A stretch of DNA of 63,655 bases from Octopus bimaculoides (Eukaryota): NCBI RefSeq assembly GCF_001194135.2, contig NC_069001.1, forward strand, positions 12,695,057-12,758,711, read 5' to 3'. Below, piece after piece: positions 53,302-63,655 of the stretch (its first letter is position 1; every line of letters starts with the position of its first letter). The notes beneath the pieces were generated by a model. It did not search any database and was not told where the DNA came from. It worked only from the letters and a program-made list of their open reading frames with translations. A program made the translations under genes and the position numbers.

Positions 53302-54006
53302 TGATTCACAAGAATGAATCATTTTTGAATTTAATTGTAACATGTGATGAGAAATGGATCCAATGCAACAACTGTAAACGTTCAGCACAATGGTTGGACA
53401 AAGAGGAGCCAGCAACAGTCCGAAAAGGAAAATTCATCAAAAGAAGCCGAGGGTGTGTGTTCGGTGCTCTGGTTCAAGTGTGAACCACTGTGGTTTCATT
53501 AAACCTGCCTCATCAATCACGGCCGAAGTATACTGCGGCCAATTGGACCAAATATTGCAGAAACTTAACAAAGAACCCACCCCCCCCCAAAAAAAAAACA
53601 GATTAGTAAACAGATCCGCTCCAATTTATTGCAAGCCAACGCCAGAAAACACGTCGCAAAAATGGCATTGGCGGAACTATAGGAGTTGGAAGTTCCATCA
53701 TCCACCATACTCACCTCATCTTGCCCCAACTGTCTACCACTACTTCCAGAATTTGGATAACTTTGTGATAGGGAAAAAATTTAAAAAAATTAATTCCAAA
53801 GATACTGTAAAACAGGCCTTCCAAGATTTTTTTGACTCTAGATTGCCAGGTATTTACAGTTCCGGGTGGACGAGCTACCGCTGAAATGGCAAAAGTGTAT
53901 TGACAATATTGGTGCGTACTTTGATGAATAAAACTACTCCTTGAATTTACAAGACATATTAGCAAACTTCTTTTCTTTTCTACAAATTTCATACTTGACG
54001 ACCTAA
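53302..54006 (+). mobile_element. mariner element 3' half: catalytic-domain transposase pseudogene plus 3' terminus
   Basis: FLNLIVTCDEKWI...KRSAQWLD, then ITAEVYCGQL, LQANARKHVA (canonical LHDNARPHVA), HPPYSPHLAPTVYHYF and [14 protein letters not shown]. It is frameshifted, the 2nd and 3rd catalytic Asp are lost, and it ends gacgacctaa followed by TA. Confidence 0.95.
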
Positions 54007-54323
54007 TATACATACAAAGATGGAGAGAGAAATGGACAGAGAAACAGAGAGTGGGAGAGAGGAACATATCAGATATACGACATTTCCATATATATGTATA
54101 TATATATATATATATATACATATATATGTGTGAGTATGTATATATATATATCTACACATATATATACATATATACATACATACATATACATATATATATA
54201 CATACATACATACATATATTATACATAGGCGGAATTTGAACGTAAAATGTCAAGACAAATAATCGCGAATCCTTTAATGCGAGGAGTCAAAGTTTCCACC
54301 AGCGTGAAGTCTGAATAGTAATA

Positions 54324-54434
54324 GTAGCTCGAAACGTCAAAGACTTTCCGTATTCCCGAGCGTCATACTAATATATACTTTTGTTATTTACACCACCTGT
54401 CCTCGTCTGTTGTTATTTTTTGTATATTCTCCCA
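54324..54434 (+). mobile_element. Penelope-like terminal fragment, 5'-truncated copy
   Basis: gtagctcgaaacgtcaaagactttccgtattcccgagcgtca...ctgttgttattttttgtatattctccc is collinear with 7772-7885. Its last ~40 nt recur at about 58860-58895 after a 10-N gap. Confidence 0.65.
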
Positions 54435-54690
<256 letters not shown>

Positions 54691-54772
54691 GGCGTATTCT
54701 TATATAGAGGCTGATAGATAGATAGGTCGATAGATATATCAGATATATGACATTTGCATATATATATATATG

Positions 54773-54805
<33 letters not shown>

Positions 54806-55803
54806 TCAGGCGTATTCTTATATAGAGGTTGACAAATAGATAAATAGGTCGATAGATACATACGTACATATATCCCTATATATGTGTGTGTGTGCGTGTG
54901 TGCGCGCGAGAATTATTGGATTAATATTAAACTTATTTTGATATGCACAATATGTCTATATATCCGGAACAACAGCAGCAACAATGACTGTAGTAATAAC
55001 AACAACAGCAACAACAATAACAACGACAACATAACTAACGATTTCTCTTATTGCCACAAAGTACGAGGGATGGCAAGAACGAGAAGAAGAAAAAAACGAT
55101 AATAATTGAAACAACATCTCATTCAATAATTATTGATATGTCATTGTTAATTATTTATCTTGCCTTGACGTCTAAAAAAGAGTAAAGGATTCACTCCGGA
55201 AAATCATTGAAAAAAATTGTATTGCGGAACAAAATTTTACGATAATAAAAAAAATCAAAAATATAAGAGAATTTGTATTGATTTGTATTGTTGTGTATAA
55301 ACACATTGTTTCTTAATATACAAAATGATTTTCTATAGAGATGACTATAAGATATGTTGGATGCGTTGATCCATATTTTCAATATAGTTCTAATGTTTAA
55401 GCATTTAAGCAATAGAATAGTGTATATCCAAGTAACTGAATAGAGAATTCACTCCATTGGGTTATTGTGAGTATATATTATACATACATATATATAACAA
55501 ATGAAAGACAGAAGATGGAATATACGAGAATATATTACTAATCACAACAATTGTTTCGACACATCTAGCATCGACTCCTCTTGTCGGACACTGGTTCAAG
55601 AGTATCCGTTGGTGCAGTCGTATATCTTAGGGTGATAAATAAATAAATAAAAAAACTCGTTAAAATGACTGTTCTGCAATGCATCTTTCTGTTTTGTAGA
55701 GAGAAAAACAGCCAGACGGAGGAAAACTGTTTATATGTATACAGAATCCAAAAATATAATTGCTGAAGTCAAAAACAGACGAACACTTTATCCAGTGTGA
55801 AAA

Positions 55804-55850
<47 letters not shown>

Positions 55851-55964
55851 TATAGAACATTAAAAAAAATCATGACTAAATATTACAAAGCATTCAGTCA
55901 GCCCTTGGTAATAATAGTAATAAAAATAATAATTGTTTCTAATCTAGGCCCAAAGCTAATAATT

Positions 55965-56080
55965 TTAAGGAGCGGCTAGTTGGTTACCTCAACTCCAGTA
56001 TTTGGTTGGTACTTTATTTTTATCAACTGTGGAAGAATGAAAGGCAAAGCCAACCATAGCAGGATTTGAAATTGGAACAT
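55965..56080 (-). mobile_element. SINE family A fragment
   Basis: ttggtactttatttttatcaac...aatgaaaggcaaagccaacc...ggatttgaa. Confidence 0.7.
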
Positions 56081-56996
56081 TTATGAATTTATACATATCT
56101 ATACATAATGTATTACCATAGCCAGGACTCTAGTTATAGTCTCTCGCTTTTAGACACAGAACTCTGTCTGGAAACTAGTAATAACAAGGACCACATCCTT
56201 CATTACCACTATCCCAGACCCGCAGGACGGCAGCTGTTGAGGATTGTATCAATTTGAATATCCTAATAGCGGACTTAAGGGTGGTGAAAAACATGTCCCA
56301 CATGTGCAACCCAACGGAATTAGAGAGAAACATACCATATTTGATCCTCCAAATGCAGTTCTCTCGGTACAGCCAAAGAGAGCAAATCAGAGTGCACTAA
56401 AGAATCAGGGCTAAGTAGAAGCCTATCGTAGAAAATGTGGCAACTGGGATCTTCCCCTATACAGGAGTAACTCCTGCAGTAGCATAGAAAGAAGTGAGAT
56501 TATAGATAAGTGTCACGATCAGACAAATTCTAATGAAACAAAAAAGGAGTAAACTTCTCATCGCAACAACAGAAATTGTTCAAACATGGAAATTAACGTT
56601 CGTAGATTGAGATTATGTCCAGTTCTCAATTGTTTAAAGGTAGGTGGTGAACAGTGCGACCCGTAAGCCGCTCCGTCACTCGTTTTGATACTATCCGCGC
56701 CAAGCTCCAGCTGTCTTCTCAACTCCTCTTTTTAACAGGAAGTACATGAGATTACCTGCCTCGCTCGCTAACAGGAGGTAAACGAGATTACCTGTCTCGT
56801 CCCATGCTCACTTCCTGTATATATATTTGTTATTTATACCATCGTTATTTCACTTCTGCCAAACGGTTGTAAACAGACGTTTATCTCGCCACCTTCGGAA
56901 AATATTGTGAGTTCTCCCCCTTCATTATATTATAGGTATACATAACATAAGACCAAATCATGGTATGATAACCAACATTTGAATTATATATATGTT

Positions 56997-57029
<33 letters not shown>

Positions 57030-57998
57030 GGGCTGTGTGTGTACATGTGAGTGTGTGAACGTATTTGTGCCTGGAAAAATATATAACCAGATAGATACAT
57101 AGATATGCATAAATGTATACACTTCCTATGTTCTACAGATGTACAAAGCCACACCTCATAACCTGAGACGATTTACACCAGTAACAATTTTACTTTTTAT
57201 CAGTTGTAAGATACCCGTGATTTCAGAATAGCTACGCAAACATTATCCAATAAATCTCACACAATATTTGAAACTATTCTGGTTTTACAAACTTTAGGGC
57301 ATTTGCCGATATATTTTAGCATAACACGTTACCATTTAGCATTTAATTCATGGTGAATTTTCACAAAAACTTGTTTAATTTCACTAAGTAACTCTTCAGT
57401 TTCTGTTGTCAATAATGGTTGACTTTATTGACCATCATTACAGAACAACGTTCGTGGTGCAATCTGATGGGAAGCACGGAATTCTTTTAAGGAGCATTTC
57501 ATACACACATATACACTAATAGCTACTCTGGGAAGCCCACACTCTCTCTCTCATATATAGCGAATTTCAAGCCCATCTACTCAAACTGTCATGAAATATC
57601 CTACGTAAAAGTTCTTCATTTAAGTTAAAAAGGACAATTAAGTTTTGTAACATTTGTAACGTTCCCAAATGCATTAGTGATCATATTGAGAGTAAAATAG
57701 CTTGAAGCAGAACTGATTCGCAGCACATTATTGCCCCCCACACACACCCACACACACACACTCAGGCACACACACATACACACACTCATATGTACACACA
57801 CATGTATGCATGCATGATTGTATGTACATATGTTTACTACAAGGATGCGGATGGGCATTAATGGATGCAAACACCAGGGAATACGTACTCCATAAAAGCG
57901 TAATGATAAGCTAAACGAAATTACCACTCTCAATTTCATTTATCCGTTTGTCATACTACACATATATACATAAATAGCACACCCAAATGTGTGTGTGG

Positions 57999-58078
<80 letters not shown>

Positions 58079-58306
58079 GTACATATATACATATATATAC
58101 ATATGGCTATATATATTAATATATACATAGTTATATTTATAATTATAAACGAATGCCCATAGGTATATCTATACATATCTATTTATTTACCTAACTACAG
58201 AGGCATACACACATATATAGGCAATTAATGTGGATAAACAAATTAGATACATTAAATATATTAGATATAATAGATCGGGTATGTAATGCAATATATATAT
58301 ATATAC

Positions 58307-58342
<36 letters not shown>

Positions 58343-59989
58343 ACATGGATATCAAAAGCAAAAGCTGGAAACAGATGATGGATTTATTAGGTATAAATAC
58401 ATAGATATTTGTATTAATAGTACCGACTTCCATAGAGTCAAACGACAGAGAAAATTAAACGGGTGACAGAAAGGTGTTATCAGTCCATCATCTGTTTCTG
58501 GGGGTTGGAGATCCATCTTTAAGCTTCTCTACATAATGATCTGATATGTAACATCTTCCCTACCCTGAGAACTGTGTCACATCTTAGTTCGTTCGTCATC
58601 AAGACTGCGAATAAAAAACAAAAAGAGAAGATCGTTTTCGAACATGGAAACGTTCCGTGCAAACAGAAATTTTAAAGATCTTTCATTATTTTCAAAGTAT
58701 AACAGAGTAAGTTTAAGAATGGAGCTGACGGTACGATATTTATTCCCTCGTTACAAAAATTGTAATATCATCCCTTACATTCTTCGAAATATTGCATGTG
58801 TTTGTGTGTGTTTGTATGTGTACACATGTCCACATTTTTTTCATATATANNNNNNNNNNTCCTCGTCTGTTGTTATTTTTTGTATATTCTCCCATATATA
58901 TATATATATTTACACAAGACACATACTAACATACACATACATAGGTATAAATACGCGTATACACACATTTATAGCCATATTTGCTTCAGCATTTCCAGAG
59001 ACTTTTAAAATTAAAGCAATGGCAAATATGTCTGATTTCGTACACTTGTTACTGTTTTGTTGTTTACGATATTGATTTGAATTTCTTTATTCCGTACTGT
59101 TTTACTTTCTTAAATATTTATCAGAACACTCTTCACGAATATGAAACCTAGTAAACTGACAAATTTCAACAAAAAACTTCCCCCTTGTAATTCTTTTTTT
59201 TAGTTTCCATTTGTTTAGTTGTTTTTACATCAAAACAACTTATAAACTTTGAAGGATATATGAAACATTAAATATATTCAGTGTTGCTTTGTTATTCTGT
59301 GAAATTCGTTTAATCTATTTTTCTATATGAGTAGACAAAACAAATATAGAGATAGATGAAAGAAAACGAGATAAGAATTATGCAAAGGAAAAGTGGTTTG
59401 CAAAACGGCCACTGTTATTTTATCCTTTCACATATCTCTTTCTCCTCCATATTTGATGACAACATTGAAATGACATGCTATCATATTATGTTGGAAGTTT
59501 GCAGGGAGATTTTAAAGAAAACAACAACGGTTGAACGAACGAATCTTGACACAACGTTATAGCCAAAATTTGATGCTACATTGATGCATTTCACAAGTGG
59601 AGGAAATATATATACGCTATATAAATCATACCTATACATACATATGTATGTGTGAGTGAGTGTATATGTATTTGAAATCTAGGGACATGTAGTTCGTAGA
59701 TTTCAAATACAGATACAAACATGACAATTTCACCTATTTTTTCTATAGACTGGTAAAATGATGAACAGCATTATACAATTTTCGATCTTTATTGGGGTCT
59801 CATCAGAGATGTGAATATCAGTTCACCAAACAAGAAACCAATATGATTACTTACACTATAGAATTAGTCACTGCAGATAACTGGGGTGTAATGGTGTTCC
59901 TTTTCTTTCCTCATTTTGAAAAAAAAAAAAACATTTTTGTCATCAATCCCACGGTCTTAGGAGAGGCTATTAATGTAAACAGCCGTGGA

Positions 59990-60480
59990 CTTTCTCCTTA
60001 ACACGGGGAATAAAACAATGGATAATCCTCCATGCGCACATACATCACCTTCTGCTCTCCCTCTTTACCCACATCTGTCTCTTCCCTCTACTACCCCTCC
60101 CTTTACGCTATGCCTCGTTCTCCTCTTTTTCACTTTCTCATCCTCCTTTCTCTCTTTCTCCTTCTTTCCCCTCTTACTTTCTCCCCTTCACTACTCCTCA
60201 CCATTGTCTGCTCCTCTTTATTTACCCACTTCTCAACTCCACTTCTTTATTCCCTTTTCCCCATATCCTATCCTCCGCTTCATTTTAATTCCCCAACTTT
60301 TTCTTCAACTGGTCGTCTCCTCTTTCTTCTTTCCTCTGTTCCTCCTCCTCCCCTTCCTCTTTCTCTTCCTATATTCATCTCTCTTATAACGAATTATTCA
60401 CCCCACTGTCATTACTCCGCCAACAACACAAAACTTTAACGCATCACCTGTCTCCCCCACCTCTTTCTCTCTCTGTCTTC
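59990..60480. repeat. Polypyrimidine low-complexity tract
   Basis: About 0.45 kb strongly C/T-biased on the + strand. Confidence 0.9.
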
Positions 60481-61090
60481 GTCTCGCTGACGAAGATTTT
60501 CTTTCCAGAAAATTTCCGACGTCTCTTCGTTCGTAACAACATCAAGTTTATTCCATTACTTTGAACTGTCCATGGAAGACTCCATGAAAGAGTTCGATAA
60601 ATTGAATTGCCATTCACTCGTCACGGAAATTGAAATTATCGATCACTTCACTGAACTGTTTTATTAGTTCCTCTACATAACCAACTTCTCGATATCCCTC
60701 TGCGAATGTTCACACAGCTTCCAGCGTGGAAGCCTTAACTGCTTCTAAATTATTCAGGTCTTCGATTATTCGCTGAGACCTGATATGTCGCTGGAGACAA
60801 GATTAAATTAAGTCAGCGTACTAATGTGATGTTGTAACATTCATGAGTTTTATTTTTTTCATTCGATCAATAACATTCCAACAACCATCGAGTGAAAAAT
60901 TTGTTTTTAAGGAAGAATCAAATCTAGGTCGAGCTGGTATTTCGATAAACGTGTCCATGCTTACGGGAAACGTGAGTTCAAAGCCTACGCTCACCTTCAA
61001 CTTTTCCTGTCCATAAAATATCTTCAGCCAAATATTTACAAGCTGTTGTTTATAGCTGTATGTGATGTTCTTCTAGAATCAATATTGCAA

Positions 61091-61260
61091 GCGAAGTAGT
61101 AGCTGTATGGTAAGAAGCGCTTCCTTTCCAACCACATGGTTCCGGGTTCAGTCCTACTGCGTTGTACCTTGAGCAAGGGTCTTCTACTATGGCTTCGTGC
61201 CAACCAAAGCCTTATGGGTGGATTCGGTAGACGGAAACTGAAGAGGTCTGACGTGTATAT
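61091..61260 (+). mobile_element. SINE family B (CORE-like), 5' part
   Basis: gctgtatggtaagaagc...ccacatggttccgggttcagtcctactgcgttgtaccttgagcaagggtcttctactat...gtagacggaaactgaa. Confidence 0.88.
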
Positions 61261-61265
61261 ATAAC

Positions 61266-61296
<31 letters not shown>

Positions 61297-61574
61297 ACAA
61301 ATACATATATTTCGTAGAGAGTACTTTTTTCAAGCTTAAACGTGACAAGTAGTGGTGCTCAGTTGGAAACAATAGATTTTTACAGCTACATTATAAATAA
61401 TACAACTATAAATCTCTGCGTCATGGTTTTGTTTCAGATTTGTCATCTTTACTCTGAAGAAATACTGTATTTGAAACATTTAATAATCCACTCACCACAG
61501 CAATTTGCTTTTACTCTTTTTGCCACTTCGTATATCACCTTCCCCCTCTGTCACTCTCGAAATAAATGGTGTTC

Positions 61575-61745
61575 TTCGGAGCTCGCCGTGGGTTACGACG
61601 ACGAAGGGTCCCAGATGATACGATCAACGGAACAGCTTGCTAGTGAAATTAGCGTGAAAATGACTGAGGCCTCCACGAACACGTGTACCCTTAACGTAGT
61701 TCTCGGGGAGATTCAGTATGACACTTTCCCTTGCAATACTAGGCC
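61575..61745 (-). mobile_element. SINE family D, 3' part
   Basis: gatcaacggaacagcttgctagtgaaatt...acacgtgtacccttaacgtagttctcgggga matches 35755-35850. Confidence 0.88.
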
Positions 61746-62284
61746 CCCAAATGTTACATATTCGATTCATCATGCTTATTATTTAAGTTCCATTCACGCA
61801 GTAAGTCAATACCTGTGACTCGTTACAGATCCTCTGAATCTGGGAGTTGCGAGAAAGAGGATGCGTTCTCAAACAGTAAATCCTGTCCAGAATGTTGGCA
61901 AAACAAATGACGCCTTTAATACCGTTACAAATACCGTTTGATGTTTATGTTTTTGACTTAGAAACTTATTGGTATTCTACGAACCTTTTTTAATGATCTA
62001 AGCTGACTGGGAATTTTGAAAATCCAGTGAATTGTTTTCGAAAATATACAACTGTTACTCGTTTATTTGGTGCGAAATGCTTCTCTCTGTGGTATGGGTT
62101 TTTCTAAATGTCATCAGTTCGCTTGGTCATTCCTTTACTGAAAGTCAATCGATAACTTGATTTTCGTTTGTTTCGCTTTTATTTAAAGCAAAGTCTCTGG
62201 ACATTCTTCGTCTGACAAAAGTAGATTTTGGGACTTCTCTCAGCTGTTCAAATACTGTTCAAATTTGTAAGTACAAAAAAGCGC

Positions 62285-62800
62285 TTCTGGGCACATTTGT
62301 GTCCGAGTTAATTGTCCTTACAAAAGACCGATTTAGACTCATCCTAAGTATGAATTAATTGTAACGAGAAAGTCCATTTGTGTGCATCTATACGCGAATA
62401 GAATTTTTTACAAGCAAAGTAACTTGTGGCTCCATCTGTACTCGGGGACATTCTAACTAGAAAAGAAATGTTGGGATGCATCTGTACGCGAGTTAATTCT
62501 AACTAGAAAAAAGTGCATTACGGTGCATCTGTGAGCGATTTAATAGTCGTTAGAAAAAGTCTTTTAGATCTCCTTTCTACTCGAGTTAAATTTCACTAGA
62601 AAAATTTCCTTCCGGGCACATCTGTGTGTGGGCATGTGGTCACTACAAAAGGTAAATTTGGACGCATCTGTGTGCGAATTGAATTTTCTCAAGAAAAGAC
62701 ACTTATGTGTGCATCTGTATTCCAGTGAATTATAACCAGAAAAGGAAATCTGGTAGTATCTGTGTCAATGAATTTAATGAATCTTTAAATTTACAGATGC
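62285..62800. repeat. Diverged ~46-bp tandem array, 11 units
   Basis: CATCTG-like anchors at 62294, 62340, 62385, 62433, 62479, 62526, (~62572), 62619, 62665, 62712 and 62757. Approximate consensus gcatctgt..gcgagttaatt.taactagaaaa. Confidence 0.85.
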
Positions 62801-63064
62801 ATATTAAATTACTCTTTTCAGTTTTAAAGCTTAATCCGTTTAGCTTCGTAAAGGTATTTAAAAACATCCTTAACAGGCAGATTAAATGTGGGCGAGTATT
62901 TTCACACTCCTGCTTTCAAGCAAAGCAGGTTCAAATTACAGTAATTCAATGCCATTCCTAATGTTGTTTTATACTTGTTGATTATGTCAACTAAGATGCA
63001 TGAGGATTTTATGCGACATCACCAAATAAATGTTTATATTAGAAAAACGAACGATAAAACTTCT

Positions 63065-63260
63065 GACTTGTCACTTGATCTGTTGGAAATAGAAGACTAT
63101 CTATCCCCAAATTACATCCTATCGTACTAAAAGGTGAAGAACTTATAATTTAGTGAATTCCTAGATGTGAAATAGTCAAAGGAAATACCGGGAGGTGATA
63201 CGTGAGATATATTTGATCATAGGTTTGTTCATTTAGCGCAATCCTGGGGTAAAAAAAGAA
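63065..63260 (-). mobile_element. Probable interspersed repeat fragment, unclassified
   Basis: The reverse complement (ccccagg...cctatgatcaaa) resembles 12318-12375 (ccctaggtcagc...ctatgataaaaggc); otherwise recognised only from memory of octopus repeats. Confidence 0.4.
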
Positions 63261-63655
63261 ACGATAATATCTCTAGTAACAAGGGCAGTATCCTGATAAT
63301 AACAAACCCCCAAAGGTGCTTCAATATGGTAGTTCGCCTTGCTAGAAATAACAACTGTGTCTCGCATGAATGATATTAGATCAACTTAAAAGATACAAGT
63401 AAAAAAGACACTGCAACTAATGCGATCCATGATATAGTCGCAACTAAACAAAACAGCAGACAGGGTGGTTACGGATGGATTCAACTCTTAACATACTTCC
63501 ACAAGAATAACAACAACAAGAACATCACGAACAACAAATTTATACTACATTCCACTCGTGTTTCCCCCCTCACACCCCCAGTGTTCCCTGTTTCGTGACG
63601 TTGAAAACATTCCTCCGTATTCCCTCTGCAGGTTTCTGTATTAATTTTTTTTTTT

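Noticed and set aside
44152-54006. The two mariner halves as one rearranged element
   Set aside because: Their termini differ (ttggatcatccggaaatttcgtgcc versus ttaggtcgtcaagtatgaaattt), so they are separate families.
62285-62800. CRISPR-like repeat-spacer array, or a C2H2 zinc-finger array
   Set aside because: The whole unit is homologous rather than constant repeat plus unique spacer; the context is eukaryotic with no cas genes; the period is ~46 bp rather than 84 bp; and the frames contain stops.

Overview
This is a very AT-rich, repeat-dominated eukaryotic window from a draft assembly. It has 11 N-gaps, most of them abutting (TA)n or (CA)n tracts. The mix of tRNA-derived SINE families, mariner relics and very dense microsatellites is what I expect of an octopus (coleoid cephalopod) genome; this taxon call is inference from sequence style, not a database result. 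I cannot support any intact protein-coding gene, tRNA, rRNA or CRISPR array, and nearly all ORFs in the supplied track are translations of microsatellites or gaps. Supportable content: about 30 SINE copies or fragments in four recurring families (labelled A-D here), two unrelated mariner transposase relics, a possible Tc1 relic, tandem non-LTR retrotransposon 3' ends with (AAT)n tails, Penelope-type terminal fragments, three inverted repeats, and two minisatellites (54 bp, and a diverged ~46 bp array). The leads most worth following are a minimal hammerhead-like motif at 7755-7791, a ~90-bp-arm palindrome at 50.6-50.8 kb, head-to-tail SINE-A concatemers, an E-box-anchored 46-bp array, and several splice-site-bounded islands that may be exons of an unidentified long-intron gene. 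Two of those islands continue in frame past a stop codon. I see no convincing evidence of a complete new system; the leads are hypotheses.
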